DNA of 64,000 nt, taken from the NCBI RefSeq assembly GCF_018350175.1, contig NC_058368.1, positions 21,578,001 through 21,642,000 of the forward strand. The letters are read 5' to 3'. Below are positions 12,201-24,580 of the stretch, in pieces. The DNA is from Felis catus. Taxonomy: Eukaryota. Below the pieces are notes generated by a model. The model ran no database searches. It saw nothing but the letters and a program-made list of their open reading frames with translations, and had not been told where the DNA came from. The first letter of the stretch is position 1; every line of letters begins with the position of its first letter. The translations under genes were made by a program, and so were the position numbers.

Positions 12201-12514
12201 AAAAAGTAATACATTTTAATGTATAAAATTAAGAAAATACAGGTAGGCAAATAAGGAAAAAGTTAAGTACTCTTATTCATACTATCTGATTATTAGTAAT
12301 ATTTTGATATATAGCCTTTCATTGTTTTTGATGGATTTGGTTTTACATTGTGGTTATTTTTATCAAGTAGGGTTATGTTTTGTAACCTGGACAGCAGATG
12401 TATTTATTCTTTTTGCCTGTTAACACTATGATATTATAAAGACAGTTTATTTTATAATTGTGTATTCTTTCTAATTAAGGCTTCTAATTTCTTTCTTTCT
12501 TTTTCTGTCTCTAG

Positions 12515-12612
12515 TTGATGACAGTGCAATTTTGGATTGCCAGTTCAGTGAATTTTATCACACACCTCCACCTGGTTTTGAAAAAATATTATTTGAACAG
12601 CAGATCTTCTGA
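12515..12612 (+). CDS. SPRYD7: SPRYD7 terminal coding exon (exon 5) to stop codon
   Basis: long pyrimidine tract and ctag|TT acceptor; (V)DDSAILDCQFSEFYHTPPPGFEKILFEQQIF followed by TGA at 12610-12612. Confidence 0.97.
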
Positions 12613-13480
12613 GTGTATTTGTTTTTGAAACTTGTGTTTCTGCACTTTTAAAAGTGTTTACTGTTTAATAAAGCTTTACCTGACCTGTAGATGAAAATAT
12701 ATTCTTAAAAATATGCTTGTTAATGTTGTTTAAGGAACCAGTGTATTCAAGATACCATCTGGAAGTTGTGATTTAAAATACTTCTGTTTTGTGAGATGAA
12801 ATCTGCATTTTGGACAGTTTATTTAATTGTTATTTAAATAAATATAACTGTGGGTTTGATTAACAGTATTAAGTAGAAATATGTATATAGATATTTAAAA
12901 GGGAATCTTTCTTACGTAAAGTATTTGTTTTTATAATAGAGATGTAGAGTTGGGTGGGTTTTTCTCATTCTGAAATTTAGACCTCATTATTTTAAGTCTG
13001 CAGTCTAATAATTTTGTGTCTCGGTGTTCTTTTTTATACAGAGGATAACAAAGTGACAGAAAATATATCATTGGGAACTTCTTTTTTGGTGATTTATTTA
13101 CTGTAAAACGTACCACTTTTCTTAAACTTTAAATTGTTTATTTTGTTTGTCATTGCTTTTGATTTGCTTTGTGAAAGGAGATAAATGTTTCAGTAAATGT
13201 CAGAGCATTTTGTTGAAGACCATCATCATGCTGTGTTACTTCAATACCAGAGTAAGTAGTGGTTGATTGGTGATGTAGTATACACTGGCAGACATTTAGA
13301 ATAGTATGCTGCTTTAAACTTAAATATAATGAGATTATTCTTTTAAGGACTTTTATTTAAATATGTGTTTTTCTGTAAGGAATAATAAAATAATAGTAAT
13401 TAAGGAATATTTAGTACTATACTAAGTACATGTTCTTCCTGTTTTGTTAAGTATACATTAAATTCACTTCATCCTTGATT
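12613..13480 (+). other. SPRYD7: SPRYD7 3' UTR (minimum extent) with candidate poly(A) signals
   Basis: AT-rich, repeat-free sequence after the stop; AATAAA at 12667-12672 and 13384-13389, ATTAAA at 13457-13462; true 3' end cannot be determined from sequence. Confidence 0.65.
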
Positions 13481-13906
13481 ATTTCAGAAGTTCAGAGATC
13501 AGTGAATCCTCTCTGTGACCTTGAGCCTTTGCCAAGTCTTCAGTTAAGATTCCTTTAATGCTCTACTAACCTGAATTAATCACTGTACTCAGTGATTGGT
13601 ACAGTTTCCTTTTCTAGAGAGCATGCCGAGGATGTGTACATTTCCCTCCTTTGGCAACAAGTACAAAGTGTGTTGTGCTCGAAAAACATGGGCATTAGAA
13701 TCAAAGATCTGAACTGTAATTTTGCCTTCTAATCCTATTACCTCCTCAGCTGAGTTCCTTAGCCTCCCTGAGCTCAGGTTCCCCATTTATAAAAGGGATA
13801 CTCATACTTGCTTGATAAGATTCTTTAACTAATTAAGCTAATATCTGAAAAACATCTGAATCATCATAGGCACTTAATACATGTAGCTTCCTTGTTGACT
13901 CTTAAG

Positions 13907-14088
13907 AAGTGGTTTTCATAGTGTTCTCAGACATCAGCACCGCCTGGGAACTTTATAGAAATGCACATTCTCAGGCCCTGCCCCAGACCTACTGAATCAG
14001 AAACTGCCAGGAACAGCACCCAGGAATCTGTGTTTGAATAAGCCTTTCAGGCGATTCTAATACACGCTAAAGTTTGAGAACCACCGCT
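13907..14088. mobile_element. MER5A (hAT-Charlie MITE)
   Basis: AGAAATGCACATTCTCAGGCCCTGCCCCAGACCTACTGAATCAGAAACT...AGTTTGAGAACCAC. Confidence 0.88.
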
Positions 14089-14594
14089 CAGGAGAGAATG
14101 GTTGCCTACTATAAAATTTCTAAAGATTTAAGGCTATTTTTGACCCATAGGCAAGAGAATCCTACACAGTGTTTATTGTTTGGTAGATAAAAATGTGACA
14201 GTATGCTTTGAAAACATAAATACACTTAAGTAAATTTATATACAACCTAAATTTACCTCTGAAGATACAGAATTGAACTAACTACATTATTTATGCATTT
14301 TTGTCTGATGTTCTGTCTTAATTTGTAAAGAACATGGTTACTTCGGAAAGCAAATTAAAATGACTACTGTTCGCTGTCTTTATTAATGTTATCTACCTCT
14401 TAGTTATTTTTTTTAAAAAGCCAACCTTTTTTTAATCATATTTTTTTCTCAAGGCTATCTTTTCTCCCTCTAGTCATACAACATAGGCACGATACTAAAA
14501 ATGATGCATGGGTTACGTCCTCGGCAACAGTTTGATGAAGTATAGATGTGTGTTTTTAATCTGCAGGTATCTAAGTCCTCTTAGGAAAATTACC

Positions 14595-15005
14595 TCCCTA
14601 AACCTAAAACCTCAGTCTAACCTGGAGAAAAACGTCAAATTCCAGTAGAGGGACATCCTATAAAATACTTGAGCAGTACTTCTCCAAACTGTCAAGGTCA
14701 TCAAAAACAAAGTTGGAGAAACTGTCATACCCAAGAGGAGCCGAGTCCAAGGGGATATAACAAGTAAATGTAATGTGGGATCCAGGGACAGAAAAAAGAC
14801 ATTAGGTAAAAACTCTAAGGAAATATGAATAATCCATGGATTTTAATAATATAAAGTATCAATATTCATTTATTAACTGTAAATGAATAAATACATTTAT
14901 CCTGTAAGATGTTTATAACGGGAGAGACAGAGGGGATATATGGAAACTACTACCTTATCAATTTTCCTGTAAATCTAAACTAAAATAAAAAATAAAGTCT
15001 TAAAA
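14595..15005 (+). mobile_element. old L1MC/MD 3' end
   Basis: CCAAACTGTCAAGGTCATCAAAAACAAAG...TTTCCTGTAAATCTAAA and A-tail. Confidence 0.75.
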
Positions 15006-15359
15006 AATTACATTGAGCTAAGAGAAACTCAAAAATAAAGCCTTTCATGAAGCCATCATGAAGAATATTAGTACAGTATAAACCCATAGCTTAAATATTT
15101 AATGATAGCTAAATATAGACATAGATGGAACATAAAACACAAATACCTGCATTTGTTCCTGGCTAAAGAGACCATGCCCAGTGTCTTTCTGTATACTGCA
15201 GAAATCCATTTGTACTAGTGTAGTTTTCCATAATCAGGTTGAAAATCAATGATTTATTATCCATGTTACTTCAGTAATTTCAGTATTAACAAGGATTTGT
15301 AATGTTAGATATGTGAAACAAAATAGTTTTTTTTTAGATATCAATTATCTCTTTCCCTT

Positions 15360-15667
15360 CAATTTTATTTTTTTTATTTTCCATAATGTATTTTTTTAAT
15401 AATTTAATCCAAATTAGCACATGTGCAACAACGATTTCAGGAGTAGATTCCTCAATGCTCCTTACCCATTTAGCCCATTCCCTTCCCACAACCCCTCTAG
15501 CAACCCTCTTTTTGTTCTCTATATTTAAGAGTCTCTTATGTTTTGTTCCCCTCCCTGTTTTTATATTATTTTTTGTTTCCTTTCCCTTGTGTTCATCTGT
15601 TTTGTTATCTTAAGTCCTCATATGAGTGAAGTCATATGATACTTGTCTTTGACTAATTTCACTTAGC
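15360..15667 (-). mobile_element. short felid L1 3' UTR fragment
   Basis: closely similar to 4925-5195 (GATTTCAGGAGTAGATTCC...AAGTCCTCATATGAGTGAAGTCATATGA). Confidence 0.88.
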
Positions 15668-16854
15668 TGAAACAGAATCTTTTCATCAGTTTACATACTA
15701 TAAACCAGAAAAAGTTTGGTTTTTAATTGCCTTTGGCTCATTAGTTAAGATAATTTGAACATATTTTTAACTTGGATTACAGACTATTATAAATTAATTT
15801 GAGAATGGTAGAAAACAATTTGACTTAGGGCTTTTCTAAATCATTAACAAAAACATATGCATGATATTGTTGCTCAGATATTGTTAACTATTTTCTAACG
15901 TAAGTCTAGATATGGACCAGCAAAAGCATAGCTAGAAATGCAAGTGAGATCTTGGATGAGTTTTGATAAAATACATTAAATCAATAACTTCTTTTAGAAA
16001 ATGTAAAAACACTAGATATGATTGTGAGGAGAAATCTGCAATCAAAACTCTAGAATTTCCCTGTACACAGATATAACCAAACAGAGAACTCATAAATGGA
16101 ATATAATCAGCTACCACTTATATTAATTTGCACTAATTATGCAACCTGGCAGGGAAATACTGTTGGGAGCTAATTGGGCTGTTCATGTGAATGAGTAGAA
16201 ACATAATAGTAGAATCAATTAACTATTGTTCTTCCATTTACTGAATAAGATATGAGATCCCCTTTCAGCTTGCTCTTTTAAAATAACTGTGACAAAATTA
16301 TTGAAATAGTGGGTATAAACACAAAATAATGTTAAATATAATTAGCAAAATAAATGAAATCACACACTATCTATCCAAGAGTTCTCTAGAAATTTAAAGG
16401 AAAAGTCCCAGTATTGGCTGAAATGTGTAATCTGTGGTTATATAGGAATCATTACAACATAGTCATTCAACAATTGTATCATTTATGTGTGTTTCATAAA
16501 TACGGTAGTCCTGCCCTCAGGGAGCTCTACTAATTGCAGTTCGTAAGTTTGGCACTCTAGAATACCACAGATATATTGGTAAATGGAAAAAAAAAGTTGT
16601 TAAATATTTCTGTGTGTAATACGAGCCAATAAAAACCTGGGGTCTAGGAAAAAGTATGAAGTAGTATACACCAAAATATTATATCTTGGAAATAGGATTA
16701 CAGGAAACTGTCTCTTTTATTGATAAATTTATCTGGTAAATTGTTACTTGATACTGTGACAGGCACTAGCAGAAGCCTGATGCCCAGACCCAGGAAAGTT
16801 AATAGTGGTAATGAAACTGCATGTGCAGTAGACCAGTTCTAGTAGATACTACAT

Positions 16855-17083
16855 TTTTTTTTTTAATTTTTTTTCAACGTTTTTATTTATTTTTGGGACA
16901 GAGAGAGACAGAGCATGAACGGGGGAGGGGCAGAGAGAGAGGGAGACACAGAATCGGAAACAGGCTCCAGGCTCTGAGCCATCAGCCCAGAGCCTGACGC
17001 GGGGCTCGAACTCACGGACCGTGAGATAGATCGTGACCTGGCTGAAGTCGGACGCTTAACCGACTGCGCCACCCAGGCGCCCC
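16855..17083 (-). mobile_element. Can-SINE, young SINEC_Fc type
   Basis: CpG-intact reverse SINE; TSD TAGATACTACATTTTT. Confidence 0.95.
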
Positions 17084-17554
17084 TAGATACTACATTTTTA
17101 AAAGGACAGTGATAAACTAGTGAAGGCTACCAGGCTACTGAGGTTCTGCTTAATCCATGAATGAATGGATGATTATGGGAATGTTAGAAGAAAATACTCA
17201 ATTCACTGGGCTGTTGAAGCCACAGTGACTTGTCAGATGCTGATCATCATAAGAAGGAGGCTAGAAATAAAGCCAAAAAATTCTGTAGATTCATCTGTGT
17301 GATTCTCACAAATGTATTTCAGGAAAGGCAATCATAGATGTGTTTCTGATACCTCATCATTCATCACCTGAAAAAAATGGGTAGATTTATTCTCTGTTGC
17401 CCTGGAGGCTGAATTATTTGGAAGGTACAAGGAAGCAGATTGCAGTTTAAGATGGGAAAGAACTCTATTCACCACTGAAATTGCTGCCTTGCAAAGAAAT
17501 GGACTTCTGTTCCCTGGAATTGTTCTAACAGTTGTTTTAAAATGTAGGGTTTTT

Positions 17555-18052
17555 TACTGAGGTATGGTGGGCCAACAGATCAGGGGATGACTGCCCTTGA
17601 AAAAGCTAATTTGTTACAGTTCCCAAGAGGAAAGGACACACCATGCCACACAGGCACACACAGGTAAGCGTCAGGTTAGGTCAGGAGGCAGAAGGAACAA
17701 GGGGAAAGCAAGGTGTGAGCCTTTATTGTGGTTTCCGTGTTCAAGACAGGGTAAACACACTTAGGATTTGCTACTTTGAATAGGTTCAGCAGGCTCTGGG
17801 GTATAGAGGCTGTCTCAAATTGTCTGGTACCTTGCCCTGTGGTGATTAGGACAGGGGAGTATTGACAGGGCAGTGTATGAGCCAGATAGAGGAGGTGGGG
17901 CTCTGGATTGGTTGGTTTGTAAATGAAAGGCAGGATCCTGGCTGTCTCTAGGAATTAGCTAGCTGGGGGTGGGGCTGTGCCTCCCCTGTCAGTAAGGCCC
18001 CCAGATGCCAAAGCATCAAGAATACAGGAAATAAGAGCATGTAATGAATACA
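17555..18052 (-). mobile_element. MER74-like solo LTR (ERVL)
   Basis: reverse complement begins TGTATTCATTACATG...CTGTATTCTTGATGCTTTGGCATCTGGGGGCCTTACTGAC...AATTCCTAGAGA. Confidence 0.8.
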
Positions 18053-18954
18053 CAGGCTGGTTTACATAAATCATAAATATGGTTCCTGCTTGGTTAGAGG
18101 CTGAAGTAGCTGTTTTCTAAAACTGTGATTTGAATTCATTCAGACTGTTGCCAAGTCTCCAAATAAGTTAAACTGAAAACAAAGAAATGGGAGATGTAAG
18201 AGTTCCAGGGATCTATACTGGGACTTGTCATATTAACTTTGTGTTAATTCTGGAAAGGGGAGATGATGTTAAAGTTCATTTAGGAACATAGTGCCAGCTT
18301 GACAGGGTAAGCCAGAGTTCTCACACAGTTTTGTGAGTAGACAACAGTGACTTACAAGTGATGAACAAAAAAAACTGTGAGGTTTAGGGATAAATAGACA
18401 AAACTATGTGTACCATGGTCTCCTATGTATTATTTAAGCTCAGAAAGAGATCTCTATAGCTACCATTCCAGGGTGTGGTCACAAAAGTATCTCTAAAATG
18501 CAACCATTAGGAAGGGGGTTGAAAATTAAGCAGAGGATTTTACCAACCATTATAAGAAACAAAACACAAAATTTGTCTCTCTTTAACCTATGTATGGTTT
18601 ACTTATCGCATTTCAGGTGAAAGGGTGGGTTGAAGAAAACCCAAAGAAAAATAGCACAAGTGACCAAGAGAAGGCCAGCCACTAGACGTGTAGGCCTGTC
18701 AGTCTGGAAGTCAAGGCTGAGAATGAATATTATCCAAATCCATAAAATCAGGGTGAGTATGGATGGTTAGGGTAGGTTAAACTTGGATTTCCTGACCAAA
18801 TTCCTGAGTGCTAATAATTAAGGCAGCAACCCTTAAAACTTGAGAAAGAAATACTTAGAGGCAAAAAGGTTTATGCTGTGTAAGAAACAGGGATTTTTCT
18901 ACCCAGAGGTGGTATAGGGAGAGATAGTTTCAAAACTGAGTTTTAGGTGTTTTT

Positions 18955-19149
18955 AAGTTTATTTATTTATTTTGAAAGAGAGAGAGAGAGAGAGAGCACA
19001 AACAGGGGAGAGGCAGAGAGAGGGAGAGAGAGAGAATCCCAAGCAGCACAGAGCTGGATGCAGGGGTTTTAACTCATGAATCATGAGATCGTGACCTGAG
19101 CAGAAATCAAGAGTCAGAGGCTTAACCGATTGAGCCACCCAGGCGCCCC
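18955..19149 (-). mobile_element. Can-SINE
   Basis: reverse SINE head ends at CCAGGCGCCCC ~19149. Confidence 0.9.
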
Positions 19150-20546
19150 TTGAAATGGAGTTGTTAAGCAACAAGAAATACTGGAAGCTATTTGTGTTAA
19201 TTCTCACTTCACACATGGGCAAAGTGGCCCAAGAGAGATTAGGTGTCTTGGCCTAGGTGACACAGTTAGCAAAATCCAGGTAATCCAACTTTCATTAATA
19301 AACATAAGCACTCTGTCAGGCATTGTACAAAGTTCACTCTACCCTGCCATGTGATAAGATAAATCCATTAGCAATCTCTAGAGGTTTCTAAAGAGTTTTT
19401 GATAGAAGCTAGAAATTTAGTAAAATATCATTTTTAACACTGACAGCATGAAAGACAGGTTAGCAGCCTTATAAAACATATCTTCATACTTACTGTCTGA
19501 GACAAAGACAGGATAGACCATTAGGTAGTATTCATATTTGATCACCCTTATTTAATGCTTGGTACTTGTAAAGCTGCCAGAAATGAAGAAATAAATATCT
19601 ACCTTTTTGATATCTATGTGACAGCTCTCTATCAGCACAAATAAACAGCAGTTAATGATTCACCCACTGTCATCCCTGGGTTATGTGCAGACATGGAGGT
19701 GTGGCCTCAAAGACTGATAAGGCATTTTATTTTTCTCCTGTGTTATATCCTTGTAATTAGATGGGACTATGTACACTGAAGCTTGGAAAATCCATAGTAC
19801 TTTAATGAAGTTTGCTATGATATATGTTCTTTAGTTGTCATTTCGGAATTTTTTCCTAGACCCTGTTCCTCCCATTAGAAGTATCTTTAGAAAAGCCTCA
19901 TTTTTTGCTGGATTTTACAGATTCAGATTTTATGAAGATTCAACCCCAAAGCTCCTTTTTGATTTTCACTTTTGAAGAACACTTTAAAGCAAATATAATA
20001 ATATAAATTAAATTATAGGGAAAAGGTTTAAACTCATCACAAAAACAGTTTTCCAACATCTTGGAAGTATATATCTTCATATAAGCAATTGTCATGCTAT
20101 CATAAAACTGTTCCTACCTGTTGGATAGGGATCTTGAAAAACAAGATAGTATAACTTAAGTATTCCACAGCTCTTCTCAGAAATGATGGTGGAAACTGAG
20201 TAAGCTCTTGAAATCTCATTATACAGTAAGTTTTCTTTTTGATTATTTTTGTAGGACTGACCTTATTCATTTGACAAGTATTTTTCAGCATCTACGGTGT
20301 GCCAAGCACAGGGCCAGGAGATGTGAAGACGAGTAAGACCGTCTTCACCTTCAAAGACATGCATGACTATGCTCATGGCTCTGCAGCAGTTTTACTCGAC
20401 CAGGAATAATAACAGAAGGAAATTGACATAGGTGTGTCTTTTCCAGCAATACAGTGAAACTCATTTCATGGTAACAATAGACTAGAATCCTTGGGATTTA
20501 TTTTACGCACCTTTATTTGGGAAATTTGGGTTGTTAACCAACATAT

Positions 20547-23466
20547 ATATGCCCATTAAGATAAGTGTGCTCTTGGCCCCCTTTACCTATTTCGCCCATC
20601 CCCCGCACTCACCTCCCCTCTTGTAACCCTCTGTTTGCTCTCTATAGTTAAGAGTTTACTTTTTTATTTGTCTCTCTTTTTTTTTCTTTGTACAGTTGTT
20701 TTTTTTCTTAAATTGCACATATGAGTGAAGTCACATGGTATTTGTCTTTCTCTGACTTTCTTATTTCGCTTAGCATTATAGTCTCTGGATTCATCCGCAT
20801 TGTTGCAAATTGCAAGATTTCATTCTTTTTCATGGCTGAATAATATTCCTCTGTGTGTGTGGTGTGTTTGTGTGTGTGTGTACACACATATATACCACAT
20901 CTTTATCCGTTCATCTATTGCTGGACACTTAGGCTGTTTCCATAATTTAACTATTATACATAATGCTGCAATAATCACAGGGGGTATATCCCTTTGAATA
21001 TATTGTTTTTGTATTCTTTGGGTAAATACTTAGTAGTGCAATTATTGCATCATAGGGTAGTTCTATTTTTAATTTTTTGAGGAACCTCCATACTGTCTTC
21101 CACTGCACAAGTCTGCATTCCCACCAACAGTGCACAAGGGTTCCTTTTGTTCCACATCCTCACCAACACTTGTTTCTTGAATTTTTTATGTTAGCTATTC
21201 TGACAGGTGTGAGATGTTCTCTCAATGTGGTTTTGATTTGCTTTTTCCTGATAATGAGTGATGTTGCACATCTTTTCATGTGTCTGTTGGCCATCTGGTA
21301 TGTTTTCCTTGGAGAAATGTCTGTTCATGTCGTCTGCTCATTTTTTAATTGGAGTATTTGGTTTGGGGATATTGAGCTTTAGAAGTTCTTTATAGATTTT
21401 GGATACTAACCCTTTACCAGATGTGTTATTTATAAATATCTTCTCCCATTTAGTAGGTTGTCTTTTAATTTTGTTGATTGTTTCCTTCACTGTATAGAAG
21501 CATTTTATTTCGTTGTAATCCCAATGTTTATTTTTGCTTTTGTTTTTCTTGCCTCAGGAGACATATCTAGAAAGATATTGTTATGGATGATGCCAGAGAA
21601 ATTACTACCTGTGTTCTCTTCTAGGATTTTTATGGTTCAGGTCTCACATTAAGGTCCTTAATACATTTTGAATTTATTTTTGTGTATGTTATAAGAAAGC
21701 AGTCCAATTTCATTCTTTTGTTTGTAGCTGTCCAATTTTCCCAACACTCTTTGTTGAAGAGTCTGTCTTTTCTCAATAGGTATTCTTCTCTGCTTTGTCA
21801 AAGATTAATTGACTGTGTAATTGTGGGTTCATTTCTGTCCTTTCTATTTTGTTGTATTGTTCTGTGTCTATTTTTGTGCCAGTACCATACTATTTTGATT
21901 ACTATAGCCTTGCGATATAACTTTAAGTCTGGAATTGTGATACCTTTGGTTTTTTGGGTTTTTTTCTTTAGCAAGATTGCTATTGGCTATTTTGGGTCTT
22001 TTGTGGTTCCATACAAGTTTTAGAATTGTTTGTTCTAGTTCTATTAAAAAAATGCTGTTAGTATTTTGATAGGGATTGCATTAAGTGTGCAGATTGCTTT
22101 GAGTAGTATGGACATTTTGGCAATATTCTTTCAATCCAGGAGCATGAAATATCTTTCCATTTGTTTGTGTCACTTTCCATTTCTTTCATCAGTGTTTTTT
22201 CTTTAAGTTTATTTATTTATTCTTAGTAATCTCTACACCAGCGTGGGGCTGCAACTCATGACCCTAAAATCAAGAGTTTCATGCTCTTCCAATTGAGCCA
22301 GCCAGGTGCCCCGGCCATCAATGTATTATAGTTTTCAGAGTATAGGTCTTTCACCTCTTTGGTTATGTTTACCTCAGGTATTTTATTATTTTTTACTGCA
22401 ATTATACATGGGATTGTTTTCTTAATTTCTCTTTCTGCTACTTCATTATTGGTGTATAGAAATGCAATGGATTTCTGGACATTGATTTTGTATCCTTTGA
22501 CCTTACTGAATTCATTTATCAGCTCTAGTAGTTTTTTGGTGGAGTCTTTAGGATTTTCTATATATAGTTTCATGTCATCTGCAAAGAGTGAAAATTTTAC
22601 TTCTTCCTTACCAGTTTGTATGCCTTTTATTTCTTTTTGTTGCTTATTTCTGAGGCTAGGACGTCCAGTACTATGGTGAATAAAAGTGGTCAGAGTGGAC
22701 ATCCTTATCTTGTTCCTGATCCTAGAGGGAAAGCTCTCAGTTTTTCCTCATTGACTATGATATTAGCTGTGGGTTTTTCATATGTGACCTTTGTTATGTT
22801 GAGGTGTGTTCTCCCTAACCCTACTTTGTTCAGGGTTTTTATCATGAATGGATGTTGTACTTTGTCATACGCTTTTTCTGTGTCTATAAAATGACCATAT
22901 GGTTCTTATCCTTTCTGATGTGAGGTACCACATTGATTGATTTGCAAATAGTGAACCACCCTTCCAACCCAGGAATAAATCCCACTTGACTGTGGTAAAT
23001 GTTTTTTTTAGTGTATTGTTGGATTCTGTTTGCTAGTATTTTGTTGAGGATTTTTTGCATCTCTGTTCATCAAAGATACTGGCCTGTATTTCTCTTTTTT
23101 TGTGATGTCTTTATTGCTTTTGGAATCAGTGTAATGCTGGCTTCTTAGAATGAATTTGGAAGTTTTCCTTCCTTTTCTATTTTTTGGTAAAGTTTGAGAA
23201 GAATAGGTGTTAACTCTTCTTTAGATGTTTAGTAGAATTCACCTGTGAAGCCACCTGATACTGGGCTTTTGTTTGTTGGAAGTTTTTTGATTACTGATTT
23301 AATTTCATTGCTGGTAATCAGTCTGTTCAGATTTTCTATTTCTTCCTGCTTCAGTTTTGGTAGGTTATGTTTCTAGGAATTTATCCATTTCGTCTAGGTT
23401 GTTCAATTGTTGGCATATAATTTTTCGTAATACTCTGTTACAATCCTTTGTATTTCTGTGGTGTCA
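20547..23466 (-). mobile_element. 5'-truncated carnivore LINE-1 (ORF2 RT to 3' UTR) containing a short SINE at ~22200-22312
   Basis: RT remnant [73 protein letters not shown] at ~20534 and ~23467. Confidence 0.94.
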
Positions 23467-23867
23467 TTAACCAACATATTTAATTTGAAGAACTCTCTTG
23501 TTCCTTGCACAAAATAAAGTTTTTAAGAAACAGTGATTCAGAAGTCTTTTTGCCATAAAAAATGGGAAAAATGAAGATTTAAAGCCCACGGAAGGCAGCT
23601 CTATACAAGCACAATTTCTTGAGTAATTATTGTAAAAACTCTACCTTTGCTTTAATTATCTGAGTAACTGCTTCAATCTTCATTATATATTGATTATTTA
23701 AAGATGACTACTGATTCATGTGTGATAGATATGCCTTGGAGTAAAATATGGATCTAATATGTTACTAATGATATATTTTATTCTGTTTTATTGGCCAATA
23801 AAAATTGGCCACTTGGTATTTGGAGATAATGTGTGGTTAAGCTTTTCAACTGATCTACTAATCAACA

Positions 23868-24105
23868 CAGTGTTTCTCAAAGTGTGTTTCAGAGAACACC
23901 AGTTCTAGAGGATGTTAATAGACATTGTGCAAAAATGGTTCAAGGTCTAACTACCTTAGGAAATATATCTATTTCCTATGGAACTTGAGAAAACCAGCTT
24001 GTGACCAAGAGAAGGAGATAGGATGTATAACATTACCTAAACATTTAATCAAAGAACTCCTTTTCTTAGGAACAGGGTGTTGTGCAATACTTTGGCAAAT
24101 ACTTA
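23868..24105. mobile_element. hAT-Charlie MITE (MER112-like)
   Basis: TIR-like CAGTGTTTCTCAAAGTGTG ... TACTTTGGCAAATACT. Confidence 0.6.
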
Positions 24106-24332
24106 TCTAGTGAATTCAGGTTGTTTGGGAAGATAGTTGAAAGTTGATTGTGTAGGTAAAGATATTATAACTTATTTCTGCATTTCAGAGGGACCACAGA
24201 AGAAGGTGAAATTGATTGAGCATGGTGGGCGAGGCACTGTTCTGACAACTTTACATACATTCCCTTGTTTAACATTCAGAACAACCTTATGAAGTAGCTA
24301 CAGTCACCATCATTTTAAAACTGTCCACATTC

Positions 24333-24580
24333 GGGGCGCCTGGGTGGCGCAGTCGGTTAAGCGTACGACTTCAGCCAGGTCACGATCTCGTGGTCCGTGA
24401 GTTCGAGCCCGCGTCAGGCTCTGGGCTGATGGCTGAGAGCCTGGAGCCTGTTTCCGATTCTGTGTCTCCCTCTCTCTCTGCCCCTCCCCTGTTCATGCTC
24501 TGTCTCTCTCTGTCCCAAAAATAAATAAACGTTGAAAAAAAAATCTTTTTTAAATAAAAAAAATAAAAAATAAAAAAAAA
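24333..24580 (+). mobile_element. Can-SINE (young SINEC_Fc type) inserted in a MIR
   Basis: TSD AAAACTGTCCACATTC; MIR sequence on both sides (24210-24650). Confidence 0.93.
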
